Shown piece by piece: positions 1-9,739 of a stretch of DNA of 64,000 bases. Source of the stretch: Vicinamibacteria bacterium (GTDB lineage Bacteria > Acidobacteriota > Vicinamibacteria > Marinacidobacterales > Marinacidobacteraceae). Numbering within the stretch: position 1 is the first letter of the stretch; each line of letters begins with the position of its first letter. The stretch lies in NCBI GenBank assembly GCA_963668695.2, contig CAXXLQ010000004.1:288001-352000 (forward strand), in the 5' to 3' direction. Under the pieces are notes generated by a model, which had not been told where the DNA came from, ran no database searches, and saw only the letters and a list, made by a program, of their open reading frames with translations. A program made the position numbers and the translations under genes.

Positions 1-609
1 GTGGGCGAGCGCTCCACGCAGCAGGGCGACGAGCTGTTTCGGATCCCCCGCGAAGGAGCGGGCCACGTAGGTGGCTCCGAGCTCGATTGCCATGCCGCAC
101 AGATCGATGCTGGGCAGCTTGTTCACCTCACCGGAACGGAGCGCCGCGTCTTCGTCGGCGGTCGCCGAGAACTGCCCCTTGGTCAGGCCGTACACCCCGT
201 TGTTCTCGACGATGTAGATCAGGGGCAGGTTTCGCCGAACCAGGTGCACGAACTGGCCAATCCCGATTGAGGCGGTGTCGCCATCGCCGGACACCCCGAT
301 CGCCACCAACTGGCGGTTGGCAAGCACCGCCCCGGTCGCGACCGACGGCATGCGCCCGTGGACCGCGTTGAAGCCGTGACTGTGATTCAGGAAGTACGCC
401 GGCGTCTTGGAGGAGCAGCCGATTCCCGAGAGCTTGGCAACCTGGTGGGGACGAACGTCGGACTCGAACAACGCGCGAATCAACTGGCTGGAAATCGCAT
501 CGTGGCCGCATCCCTTGCACAGGGTGGACGGCTTGCCCTTGTAGTCGGACGGCGTGAGACCCAACCGATTGACCCGGCGCGGTCGTGAAGAGGCATCTGG
601 AGTAGGCAT
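1..609 (-). CDS. korB: 2-oxoacid:ferredoxin oxidoreductase beta subunit (partial, runs off window start)
   Basis: Not in the ORF track. Manual translation from ATG 609 gives MPTPDASS...STLCKGCGHD...SGIGCSSKTP...HGRMPS...SGDGDTASIG...ENNGVYGLTKGQ, with the TPP-binding GDGD...NN motif. Lies downstream of the alpha subunit. Substrate cannot be determined. Confidence 0.93.
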   Translation of the reverse strand, partial: MPTPDASSRPRRVNRLGLTPSDYKGKPSTLCKGCGHDAISSQLIRALFESDVRPHQVAKLSGIGCSSKTPAYFLNHSHGFNAVHGRMPSVATGAVLANRQLVAIGVSGDGDTASIGIGQFVHLVRRNLPLIYIVENNGVYGLTKGQFSATADEDAALRSGEVNKLPSIDLCGMAIELGATYVARSFAGDPKQLVALLRGALAH

Positions 610-630
610 CAGGGGACTCCCGGTGCTAAG

Positions 631-845
631 TAGCCTATGGGCAAAGTCGCTTGAGCGCAGAGAGCGGTGAGGCGGCCGGCTGACAAGGCGCGCGAGGGAG
701 GAGCCCCCACCGGGAGAACTGGCCCGAGTGTATTTCGACCGAAGCGCAACGATGAGCGAAGCGCAGCGCCAGTTCTCCCGGTGGGGGGGCGGTTCAGCCG
801 GGATGCATCGCCGCTTGAACGCCGCGTGACTTTGTCCATAGGCTG
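631..845. mobile_element. MITE-like repeat family A, carrying two 19-bp motif insertions (704-722, 769-787)
   Basis: Terminal inverted repeats TAGCCTATGGGCAAAGTC...GACTTTGTCCATAGGCTG. CTAA at 846-849 overlaps the alpha-subunit stop codon. Confidence 0.85.
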
Positions 846-2699
846 CTAAACGGCGCCGATCTCCATCTCGGTCACGTAGTCCACAATGGTTTGCGCATCC
901 ATGGGGTGGCCGCTGAAGTGACGCAGGGTCCGAAGCACTCCCCGCGGAATCCGGTCGCCGTATTCGGCGCGCAGAAGCTGGAACATCTGTCCATCACGGT
1001 TCTGATCCAGGACCACGACTCGCTGCCGCGAGGTAATGAAGTCCAGCACCGATGGGGAGAACGGTAGCGCCCGGAGACGCAGGTAGTCCATTTCGATGGC
1101 CGCATCGTCCCGGAGCCGGGTCCGGGCTTCCTCGATGGCCGGATCGGACGAACCAAAGCCGATGATGCCGAGCGGGCTCGCGGAATCCAGCTGGTCCACA
1201 ACGGGCGCTGGAACCATCTCTCGGGCCGTTTCGAACTTCCGGTCGAGCCGGGTCATGATCCGGACGTACGCCTCTTCGCTCTCGGTGTATTCCGCGCTCT
1301 CGTCGTGTCCACTGCCCCTCGTGAAGTACGCGGCACCGGGGTGGTCCGTGCCGGGAAGCGTCCGATACGGGATCGCGTCGCCGTCCACATCCGCGTAGCG
1401 CTGGAAGGATCCCAGGCGTTCCAGATCCTCGCGGGTGAGGACCTTGCCGCGGTCCATCGGACGATCCGGATACTCGAAGGGCTCGGTACCCCAGATGTTC
1501 ATCCCGAGGTCCAGATCGGAGAGCACGAAAACAGGCGTCTGGAGCCGCTCGGCGAGATCAAAGGCCTTCCAGCCGAACTCGAAGCATTCCCGAGTCGAGG
1601 CAGGAATCAGGCAGACGTGTTTCGTGTCTCCGTGGGAGAGGGTGTAGGTGGAGAGAATGTCTCCCTGGGCCGTTCGCGTCGGCAGACCGGTCGAGGGGCC
1701 CACCCGCTGGATGTTCCAGATGACCAGGGGAATCTCGGCGTAGTAGCCGAGCCCGACGAACTCGGACATCAGAGAGATCCCCGGGCCCGAAGTGGCGGTC
1801 ATGGCCCGGGTTCCGGCCCAGCCGGCGGCAAGCGCCATCCCGACGGCCGCCAATTCGTCCTCGGCCTGAACAACCGCGTACGTCGCCTTGCCGTCCGAGT
1901 CCTTCCGGTAACGCTTGAGGAATCCCGTGAGCTGTTCGACGACGCTGGAAGAGGGAGTGATGGGATACCAGGTCGCGACGCTCACTCCACCAAACATGGC
2001 GCCGAGCGCGGCTGCGGCGTTTCCGTCGATGAGGATCTTGCCGCGGTTCTTGTCCATGCGCTCGAGAGTGAAGCGATCCCGCTTGACCAGGTTCTCGCGG
2101 GCGTGGCGGATTCCAATCTCCACCGCCCGGCGGTTCAACTCGACCGCCGCCTTCTTGCGCCGGAACTGGCTGTCTATGGCTCCGAAAATCTCCTCGATGT
2201 CGATCGAAAGGAGTTCTGCCAGCAATCCGACATAAATCATGTTCGCGAGGAGCTTGCGCAATCGAACTTCGCGGGTCACTTCCGCGGCCAGCTCCTGAAA
2301 GGGCGCCGGGTAGAACACCAGGTCGTCGCGGCGGCGCTCCAGGCGCAGGCTTTGTTCGTAGACCACGGCGCTGCCAGGGCTCAGGGACTCGACATCCCGG
2401 ATAGCGGTCTGGGGATTGAGCGCGACCAGGTACTCCACGTTCCGCTTCCGGGCAATCCAGCCGTCCCGGTTCGCGCGAATCGTGAACCAGGTCGGCAATC
2501 CCGCGATGTTGGACGGGAACAGGTTCTTTCCGCCGACCGGAATTCCCATGCGGAACAGCGCCCTGAGCAGGACGAGGTTTGCCGACTGGCTTCCGGAGCC
2601 GTTTACGGTGGCGACCTGGATGGTCAGGTCGTTGACGATGCGCTCTGGCTCGACCTCGCTGGGAGCAACTTCTTCAGCGAGCGCCGTTTTATTGGACAT
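846..2699 (-). CDS. korA: 2-oxoacid:ferredoxin oxidoreductase alpha subunit (fused gamma-alpha)
   Basis: NGSGSQSAN, YPITPSS, QAEDELAA, TSGPGISLM and QRVGPSTGLPT motifs. Confidence 0.95.
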   Translation of the reverse strand: MSNKTALAEEVAPSEVEPERIVNDLTIQVATVNGSGSQSANLVLLRALFRMGIPVGGKNLFPSNIAGLPTWFTIRANRDGWIARKRNVEYLVALNPQTAIRDVESLSPGSAVVYEQSLRLERRRDDLVFYPAPFQELAAEVTREVRLRKLLANMIYVGLLAELLSIDIEEIFGAIDSQFRRKKAAVELNRRAVEIGIRHARENLVKRDRFTLERMDKNRGKILIDGNAAAALGAMFGGVSVATWYPITPSSSVVEQLTGFLKRYRKDSDGKATYAVVQAEDELAAVGMALAAGWAGTRAMTATSGPGISLMSEFVGLGYYAEIPLVIWNIQRVGPSTGLPTRTAQGDILSTYTLSHGDTKHVCLIPASTRECFEFGWKAFDLAERLQTPVFVLSDLDLGMNIWGTEPFEYPDRPMDRGKVLTREDLERLGSFQRYADVDGDAIPYRTLPGTDHPGAAYFTRGSGHDESAEYTESEEAYVRIMTRLDRKFETAREMVPAPVVDQLDSASPLGIIGFGSSDPAIEEARTRLRDDAAIEMDYLRLRALPFSPSVLDFITSRQRVVVLDQNRDGQMFQLLRAEYGDRIPRGVLRTLRHFSGHPMDAQTIVDYVTEMEIGAV

Positions 2700-2954
2700 C
2701 AGGCGATTCTTCGGGACAAGAGCCGCTTCACGGTTCGGGCAGGGGGACGGCGAGACTTTGCTTTGGGGAATCCACGCAGGCTCCCGGGAAACCGAACAAC
2801 CAACGGGGTCGTGTGCCGGAGCGTTGCCGCATCCGGGCGCACCCCGGAGGTGCGGCAGTGTATCCCAATCTCAACCCTGAATTCAGAAAACTGGAGGCCG
2901 GGCGGACTGGAACTCTGAGGGGCACTAGACTTCCTTCTCCCGGGGAACGAACGG

Positions 2955-3779
2955 ATGCGACCCACCTGGCAGGGCAACCTCAAGTTGGCCCTCGTGCTCG
3001 TACCGGTGCGAGCCTACCCGGCGGCCCGCACGAGAACCGTCGCGATGAACCAGTTGCACAAGGAGTGCAAGGCTCGGGTGCGGTTGCAGAAGCGCTGCAC
3101 CTCCTGTGATCAGGATCTCGAACGGGACGAGATCGTTCGCGGTTATGAGTTCGCGAAGGACCAGTACGTGCTGATCCAGGAAGAGGACCTTTCCGCTCTG
3201 CAGCTCCCCTCACACAGAACCCTGGACATCGTCCAGTTCGTCGAGGAATCGGAGATCAATCCGCTCTACTACCACGGCTCCTACTACCTGGCGCCGGCGG
3301 GTGAGGTCGCGGCCGGGCCCTTCCACACCATCCTCAAAGCGATGCAGACGTCGAAGCGGGTAGCCATCGCCCAGGTCGTGCTCAGCGGCAAGGAAAAGGT
3401 GGTGGCGATTCGGCCCTCGGAAGGCGTGTTCGTGATGTCCTTCCTGCACTATGAGGACGAGGTGCGGCAGGTGCCTGATATCGACGACCTGCCGGCGGCG
3501 AGGGAACCAAACGGCGCGGAGACCGCGATGGCCCGGCAGCTGCTGGACTCCTATGCGCGGCCGTTTGACCTGAGCGCGTTCGAGGACGGCTATCGAAAGC
3601 GCTTCCTGGAGATCGTGGAGGCCAAGAGTCGCGGTCAGGAACTGGTCACCACTCCAAGCGTCGAGCCGCGTCGGGTTGTCAACCTCATGGATGCCTTGAA
3701 ATCGAGCCTCGCGAGGATCGAGGCCGAGGGATTGGGCGAAGGTGATCCGGCGCTCGGCGAGGAGCGGCGGGCAAGCTGA
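2955..3779 (+). CDS. ku: NHEJ DNA end-binding protein Ku
   Basis: MRPTWQGNLKLALVLVPV, EIVRGYE, TLDIVQFV, YYLAP and VVNLMDALKSSL motifs. Confidence 0.95.
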   Translation: MRPTWQGNLKLALVLVPVRAYPAARTRTVAMNQLHKECKARVRLQKRCTSCDQDLERDEIVRGYEFAKDQYVLIQEEDLSALQLPSHRTLDIVQFVEESEINPLYYHGSYYLAPAGEVAAGPFHTILKAMQTSKRVAIAQVVLSGKEKVVAIRPSEGVFVMSFLHYEDEVRQVPDIDDLPAAREPNGAETAMARQLLDSYARPFDLSAFEDGYRKRFLEIVEAKSRGQELVTTPSVEPRRVVNLMDALKSSLARIEAEGLGEGDPALGEERRAS

Positions 3780-3868
3780 CCGACTCGAATCCCGAAACCC
3801 GGGACGCGGATTGGCCCGCGCCCTCGGAAGGTCAGCCAATACTCCCGCCCGAATGGCTCGCGCGGGGA

Positions 3869-4810
3869 GTGAAGCCCATGCTCGCCGGTGTGGGCCGTCC
3901 GTTCGATTCGCCGGATCACCTCTTTGACGCCAAGTGGGATGGCCTACGTTCGATCGCGTTCTTCGGGCCGGTGGTCCGGCTCCAGGCGCGAAGTCTCCGG
4001 GACCAGACCCGACAGTTCCCGGAACTCGCGGCGGCCCTTTCCGAACTTCCCGGGGCCGGGGTCATCGACGGGGAGATCGTGGTCATGGACGGGGACCGCT
4101 CCAGCTTTCCGCTGGTCATGGAGCGCAATCGGCTGCGGTCGGAGACCGCGATTCGGCGCGCCGCGACAAATGCCCCCGCGTGGTTCGTCGCCTTCGATCT
4201 GCTCCATCGTGACGGCAGACGGCTTACCGCCGCCCCCCTTGTCGGACGACGGCGGGCCTTGCGCGCTCTGCTTCCCGGTGCCGGAGGGCGGATCTTCGCG
4301 AATCCGCTCGTGGTCGGCGACGGTCTCCGCTTCTTCGCCGCGATGCGCGAGCGGAGTATGGAAGGGATGGTCGCCAAGCGGCTCCAAAGTGCGTACCGCA
4401 TCGGCGAGCGCAGCGAAGACTGGCTGAAGATCAAGATCCGTCCGCGACTGAGTTGTGTGGTCTTCGGCACCCTGCACCGGACACCGGGAGGGCCGGTGCG
4501 TTCGCTGGTGGTGGGGGCGTTCGGGCCGGAGGGGCCGGTATGGCTCGGGAATGTGGGTAGCGGACTCGACGACGCTACCCGGATGGAGCTGGCGCGGCAG
4601 CTCGACAGCCTCGAATGCCCCCCTCCCCCTGGTTTCGATCCCACCGGGGAGGGGCACATCCGTTACGTGAGACCCCTCCTGGTGGCCTCAGTCGAGTACC
4701 TCGAGCTGACCCCGGCAGGGCACCTCCGCCATCCCGCCTTCATGGGGTTCGAAGATCGAGACCCGCGCTCGTGCCGCGTGCCGGTCACAGCACGTCCAGC
4801 AGATCCCTGA
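3869..4810 (+). CDS. ligD: ATP-dependent DNA ligase (stand-alone LigD/LigC-type ligase domain)
   Basis: KWDG adenylation motif, IDGEIV, AFDLL, EGMVAKR, WLKIK, GNVGSG, LRHPAF. No polymerase or phosphoesterase domain. Adjacent to ku. Confidence 0.88.
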   Translation: MKPMLAGVGRPFDSPDHLFDAKWDGLRSIAFFGPVVRLQARSLRDQTRQFPELAAALSELPGAGVIDGEIVVMDGDRSSFPLVMERNRLRSETAIRRAATNAPAWFVAFDLLHRDGRRLTAAPLVGRRRALRALLPGAGGRIFANPLVVGDGLRFFAAMRERSMEGMVAKRLQSAYRIGERSEDWLKIKIRPRLSCVVFGTLHRTPGGPVRSLVVGAFGPEGPVWLGNVGSGLDDATRMELARQLDSLECPPPPGFDPTGEGHIRYVRPLLVASVEYLELTPAGHLRHPAFMGFEDRDPRSCRVPVTARPADP

Positions 4811-5372
4811 TGATGCGGGCCGTCAGGCCCCAGATGTCGTAGTCGCGGTAGTGGTACCGAAAGACAACACGGGATCTACCGACCGCACCCCCGACCATTG
4901 CAGTGCGCTGAACCTCGGTGGTCTCGCACCCGGGAAGCAGGAGCGTCCGTAACGGAACCTCGAAGACCGCGTCCACTTCGGGGCCAGTTCGAAGGACGGC
5001 CGAGGAAGGGATCGCGACTACGAAGGGGACCAGCCGAAACCCCTCCACGGTGAGTCGATCGTCGAGCCTGCCGAGAACCCGCACCTCGGCAGGATCGAGC
5101 CCGATTTCCTCACGCCCCTCCCGCAGGGCAGCCGCCAATTCGGATGGATCCTCGGGATCGATCATTCCTCCGGGGAACGCGATATCTCCCGGCTGGCGGC
5201 GAAGATCCGACGCGCGCCGGGTAAGCACCAGCCCGTAATCGCCTTCTCGGGGGACCAGCGGAACAAGCACCGCTGCCGCCCGCGACGTCCCTTCGAAGCG
5301 CCTCGGAGAACGAAGCGCGAGGCGGGAAGCGATCCGGTCGGGAAGGGTCTGGGTTTCGATTGTGGGGGGCAA
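4785..5372 (-). CDS. Nudix hydrolase, CoA pyrophosphatase type
   Basis: AAVLVPL, LTRRAS, AFPGG...AALREGREEIGL Nudix box, IWGLTARII. Confidence 0.9.
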   Translation of the reverse strand: MPPTIETQTLPDRIASRLALRSPRRFEGTSRAAAVLVPLVPREGDYGLVLTRRASDLRRQPGDIAFPGGMIDPEDPSELAAALREGREEIGLDPAEVRVLGRLDDRLTVEGFRLVPFVVAIPSSAVLRTGPEVDAVFEVPLRTLLLPGCETTEVQRTAMVGGAVGRSRVVFRYHYRDYDIWGLTARIIRDLLDVL

Positions 5373-5415
5373 GCTTCCGCGCGGCGAGGCAGCGAGAGGT
5401 CAATATACTCGCCGC

Positions 5416-5898
5416 GTGTCGGAGCGTTTCCTGGTACGAGCGGCCATAGTCGCCAGCCTCCTGATCTTCGGCGGGACGGCCTACGGGCAACCCATGATCC
5501 AGGTCGGCTCGGGCGGAGAATCAAGGGGCGAGAGGGAGGAATGGGTTTTCGGCGCCGGCTACAACTTCGATTTCCCGCTGCTTCCCTTCGAAGTCGGTGG
5601 CCTGATTCAGAGCGGAACGGGTGTCGAAACCGAGGAGTCAGGCCGCGAATTCCCGGTGCGGGCCTTCGTCACGGGAAGAATGGGAATGCTGCCCCTTCCG
5701 GGATTCAGCGTCTACCTGGGCGGAGGAGCGGGAATCGCAATCCGGCTGGGCGGTGATGCCGAGACCGAAGCGGCGCCCGCCGGAATGGCGTTCGGCGGAT
5801 TCGAGGTCGGGAGGCTCCATCTGGAACTTCAACTACAAAGAGAGTTTCACGAGGAACCCGTGAACCGATGGGTTACGGCCATCGGGGTTACGTTCTGA
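5416..5898 (+). CDS. Small secreted, probable outer-membrane beta-barrel protein
   Basis: Signal peptide ending AYG-Q, amphipathic beta strands, C-terminal ...IGVTF. GTG start chosen because TATACT lies 6 nt upstream. Confidence 0.6.
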   Translation: MSERFLVRAAIVASLLIFGGTAYGQPMIQVGSGGESRGEREEWVFGAGYNFDFPLLPFEVGGLIQSGTGVETEESGREFPVRAFVTGRMGMLPLPGFSVYLGGGAGIAIRLGGDAETEAAPAGMAFGGFEVGRLHLELQLQREFHEEPVNRWVTAIGVTF

Positions 5899-6902
5899 GC
5901 GAATCCGTCACGTTTTCCGCGCCGACGCGGGTGGATCTGGCGGGCGGCACTCTCGACATCTGGCCGGTGGGCCTGCTGGTGCCTCGCGCCGCAACCGTCA
6001 ACGTAGCCATCAGCCTCCGGGCTCGCGCCACGGTCACTCGGGGACCCCGATACCGGGTGGTGAACCAGCAGCGCGGACTTGAGCTGTCCGCCGATTCGCC
6101 AGAGGCGTTCTTTCGCCACCCGTTCGCTGCAGTGGCTGGCCGGCTCCTGGATTTCTTCCGGCATTCCGGTCCTTTCGAAGTCCATTTCGAGACCTCGGCT
6201 CCGCCGGGCTCGGGCCTCGGAGGATCATCCTCGCTGGGCATGGCGATCGCGGGCGCCCTGAACCGGATCTGCGATACCCGTTGGACCATCCCGCAACTCG
6301 TCCGGATCGTGATGGACGCCGAAGTCCGGATTCTGAGGACCGCCACCGGAGCCCAGGATCAGTTTGCCGCCGGGCTCGGAGGAGCGCGGGTGCATCACTG
6401 GGAGAGTCCGGAGCCCCGATCCGAACCCCTTCCCTGGCTCGACGGCGGAACCGATCCCCTCGAAGACCGGTTCGTCCTGGTGTTCACCGGCGAAGCGCAT
6501 TCTTCTGCAGATCCCAACGGAAGTGTGCTGGAACGAATCTTCGCCGGGGAGCCCGCCGCGGTCCGAGGCATCGAGGTGATCGCGGAAGCGGCCTTCGGAA
6601 TGCGGGCCGCACTGCTCAGGCGGGACTGGGACCAGGTCGCGGAAATGCTCGGCCTCGAGTGGGGCGCCCGGCGAGCACTGTCGGAAATGGTGACCACCGC
6701 GACGATCGAGCGTCTGAGCGGCGCGATGCTGCAAGCAGGAGCCCGAGCAGTCAAGGCATGCGGCGCCGGCGGCGGAGGAACCATGATCGCCATCGCTCCC
6801 CCCGAGAAACGGTCAGCCGTCGCGGCCGCTGCTCGCGCCGCCGGAGGTGAGGTTCTGAAGGCGGCCAGCGATCCCGTGGGACTGCGCTGTGAGTCGTCGT
6901 AA
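5868..6902 (+). CDS. GHMP family sugar kinase (HddA/heptose-7-phosphate kinase-like)
   Basis: APTRVDLAGGTLD, PPGSGLGGSSS, GAQDQ, KACGAGGGG. Start may instead be CTG 5895, overlapping the upstream TGA. Confidence 0.88.
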   Translation: MGYGHRGYVLSESVTFSAPTRVDLAGGTLDIWPVGLLVPRAATVNVAISLRARATVTRGPRYRVVNQQRGLELSADSPEAFFRHPFAAVAGRLLDFFRHSGPFEVHFETSAPPGSGLGGSSSLGMAIAGALNRICDTRWTIPQLVRIVMDAEVRILRTATGAQDQFAAGLGGARVHHWESPEPRSEPLPWLDGGTDPLEDRFVLVFTGEAHSSADPNGSVLERIFAGEPAAVRGIEVIAEAAFGMRAALLRRDWDQVAEMLGLEWGARRALSEMVTTATIERLSGAMLQAGARAVKACGAGGGGTMIAIAPPEKRSAVAAAARAAGGEVLKAASDPVGLRCESS

Positions 6903-7210
6903 TGGAACCTGCCGAACATGCCGTCTGCGGCCTCGCCGAGCTCAAGACGGAATCCGCGATCGCCGTCGATGTGGGCGACCAGCGGATCGCCGTCTACTGG
7001 TACGAGAACCGCATCTACGCTCTGAGCGAGACCTGTCCCCATCGGGGCGGCCCGCTTCACCTTGGCCGCGTCAAGAACGGCATCGTTATCTGCCCGTGGC
7101 ACCTGTGGCAGTTTGATCTCATCACCGGCTGCTCTCCGGTGAACCCGAACTCCTGCGTTCCCACCTACCCGGTCCGCATCGAGAACGGGATGGTGCTGGT
7201 GCAGGTCTAG
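6902..7210 (+). CDS. Rieske [2Fe-2S] ferredoxin (NirD-like)
   Basis: CPHRGG...CPWHLW Rieske motifs. Confidence 0.9.
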   Translation: MEPAEHAVCGLAELKTESAIAVDVGDQRIAVYWYENRIYALSETCPHRGGPLHLGRVKNGIVICPWHLWQFDLITGCSPVNPNSCVPTYPVRIENGMVLVQV

Positions 7211-7354
7211 GACACCGAACCGCGGACACCGAACCGCGGACTCAACCGCGAGCCGGAAGCAGCGGGAACGATCCAGTCCGTCCCGGCGCCGTCCTCCGGT
7301 AGCGGACGAGACCTGGTTCACGCGTGGGCCTCGTGAAAGTCGCTCGAAGGCGCC

Positions 7355-8300
7355 CCCTGACGCGAGCAAGAAACAAACGGCAGCGAACTTGTTCGCTGCC
7401 CGCCTGACCGGGGGGAAAGTGTGAAAGGGGGGCCACTGCCCCCCGTTCACAAAAAGATACCGACGAATCGGAACTTGCCGCCGCACGACCGACAGTTGAA
7501 TGTCGACGCCCTGATCGAGCGAAAACCACACCAGCGAACTTGTTCGCTGCCCGCATGACCGGGGGGAAAGTGTGAAAGGGGGGCCCCTGCCCTCCGTTCA
7601 CAAAAAGATAACGACGAATCGGAACTTGCCGCCGCACGCCCGACAGTAGATGTCGATGCCCTGAACGAGCGAAAAAACGGCAGCGAACTCTGTTCGCTGC
7701 CCGCCTGACCGGGGGGAAAGGGTGAAAGGGGGGCCACTGCCCCCCGTTCACAAAAAGATACCGACGAATCGGAACTTGCCGCCGCGCGCCCGACAGTCGG
7801 ATGCCGACGCCCTGATCGAGCGAAAACCACACCAGCGAACTTGTTCGCTGCCCGCCTGACCGGGGGGAAAGTGTGAAAGGGGGGCATCCCCAGGGGCATC
7901 CCCCCTTTCACATAAAGGCAACTACGAATCGGAACTCGCCGCAGCACGCCCCACAGTGGGTGTCGATGCCCTGAACGAACAAAAACAACGGCAGCGAACT
8001 CGTTCGCTGCCCGCCTGACCGGGGGGAAAGCGTGAAAGGGGGGCCACTGCCCCCCGTTCACAAAAATGCAACGACGAATCGGAACTTGCCACCGCGCACC
8101 CGACAGTAGATGTCGACGCCCTGATCGAGCGAAAAAACCGGCAGCGAACTCGTTCGCTGCCCGCGTGACCGGGGGGAAAGTGTGAAAGGGGGGCCCCTGC
8201 CCCCCGTTCACAAAAATGCAACGACGAATCGGAACTTGCCGCCGCGCGCCGCAGGCGCGCAAGGAAGTTTCGAATCGCGGCGCGAAGCGCCGGGCGGTCC
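7355..8300. repeat. Tandem array of six ~150-bp hairpin-rich units (repeat family B)
   Basis: CAGCGAAC..GTTCGCTG hairpin recurs at 7381, 7532, 7681, 7833, 7992 and 8142, each followed by GGGGGAAAG(T/G/C)GTGAAAGGGGG...CC(G/T)TTCACA. Confidence 0.92.
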
Positions 8301-8351
8301 TCGGACGGGGCCCCAATCCAATTAGAGAAAGTGATCCGGAACTATTCCGGA

Positions 8352-9218
8352 TCAAGGCCCCGTCCGGGGACCGCTCGACGTCAACCCGGCGGCGGCGCGA
8401 AGCTCCTCGTAGCGCTCCGGCGGCAGATCCGAGCCGAAGCGCCTTCCATGCTTCGCCTCGTGGAAGTCCGAGCCGCCGCTCACCATCAGGCCCAGCGAGT
8501 CCGCCACCCTGAGATAGCGCTCGCGCTCGTCCTTGTCCTGCTCGACGTGGTACGCCTCGAGCGCCCGAACCCCGGTCTCCCGGAGCATGGCAGGAAGCGC
8601 GGATTGGTCCCGGAGGTATTTCGGGTGCGCGACGGAGCTGATTCCCCCCGCGGCGTGCAGCATCTTCGCCGCCTCCGCAACCTCGATTTTCCAGCCGTAC
8701 CGCACGTGCCCGATTTGCTCGTCACCGAGATACTTGTCGAACGCCTCCGCCCGGTTCCGGACCACCCCCTTCCGAATCAGCGCATCCGCCACGTGGGGAC
8801 GACCAAGCGAGCGACCCGTGGACATCGCCGCGACCTCCTCGAAGAGGAGCGGGACGCCCGCGGCCGTGAGCTGCTTGCACGTTTCGGAGATCCGGTCCTG
8901 GCGGCGGGCGCAAGCCTCCTCAAAGAGTGCGGTCAGCGTCCGATCCTCGGGATCCACAAAGAGACCCAACAGATGGACCGACTCGTCTCCCCACTGGCAA
9001 CTCACCTCGACCCCGGGAACCAACTCGATCCCACATTCCGCGGCGGCGACCCGGGCTGCCGGGATTCCCGTCATGGTGTCGTGGTCGGTCAGCGCCAGCA
9101 CGGTCACCCCATCCCGAGCCGCGGCTTCGACGGCTGAACGCGGTGAGAGGACTCCATCCGATTCGGTGGAGTGGGAGTGGAGATCGATGTTCGGGGCACG
9201 GATTGCAGGGAAGGTCAT
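8352..9218 (-). CDS. PHP-domain phosphoesterase (TrpH/YciV-like)
   Basis: DLHSHSTESDG, LTDHDT, GVEVS, HLLG, GRPHVA, AHP and GGSDFH motifs. Confidence 0.92.
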   Translation of the reverse strand: MTFPAIRAPNIDLHSHSTESDGVLSPRSAVEAAARDGVTVLALTDHDTMTGIPAARVAAAECGIELVPGVEVSCQWGDESVHLLGLFVDPEDRTLTALFEEACARRQDRISETCKQLTAAGVPLLFEEVAAMSTGRSLGRPHVADALIRKGVVRNRAEAFDKYLGDEQIGHVRYGWKIEVAEAAKMLHAAGGISSVAHPKYLRDQSALPAMLRETGVRALEAYHVEQDKDERERYLRVADSLGLMVSGGSDFHEAKHGRRFGSDLPPERYEELRAAAGLTSSGPRTGP

Positions 9219-9330
9219 TCGACGGGCAGAAAGTTTAGTCGCCAGCGTGACGGCTTCATCCCGGACCGCTAGAATCCGTAATGCTTGATCAGCCGCAACC
9301 AGGCTTGGAATCACCAAAGGAGCGAACCCC

Positions 9331-9654
9331 ATGCTTAACTTGACCGATGTCGCCGTTACCAAGGTCGCCGAGTTCCTCTCGAAGCACGGTCGTCCGAACG
9401 CCCTTCTACGGGTTCGCGTGGTCGGCGGAGGGTGCTCCGGCTTCCAGTACCAGTTGGCCCTCGACGATGAGTCCTCCACGGGGGACCAGGTCATCGAGCA
9501 GAACGGGGTCCGGATGCTGATCGACGAGCGCAGCCTGCCCTATCTGCAGGGAACCGAAATCGACTACGTCGAAGACATCATGGGGGCCGGGTTCCGCTTC
9601 AACAATCCCAACGCCGTCTCGAGTTGCGGCTGCGGAGAGTCCTTCCAGGTCTGA
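9331..9654 (+). CDS. A-type Fe-S carrier (IscA/SufA/ErpA/HesB family)
   Basis: GGGCSGFQY and NPNAVSSCGCGESF motifs. Confidence 0.96.
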   Translation: MLNLTDVAVTKVAEFLSKHGRPNALLRVRVVGGGCSGFQYQLALDDESSTGDQVIEQNGVRMLIDERSLPYLQGTEIDYVEDIMGAGFRFNNPNAVSSCGCGESFQV

Positions 9655-9739
9655 GCTCCCCGCAGGGAAGCTGGCACTTGCCCCGCCCAGGTAGTCGGGG
9701 GGCGGGGGTGCTCTTCGGCGTCTCCTTGGGCGTCCCCTG

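Noticed and set aside
609-849. Small ORFs containing PHRENW / PPPGEL / QFSRWG / PVLPVG (here and at other repeats)
   Set aside because: They are translations of the MITE and the 19-bp motif in different frames, with no consistent frame or start.
7242-8355. ORFs with repeated peptides (RRQVPIRR, PPFHTFPP)
   Set aside because: Unit lengths vary out of frame, so these are translations of a non-coding tandem repeat.
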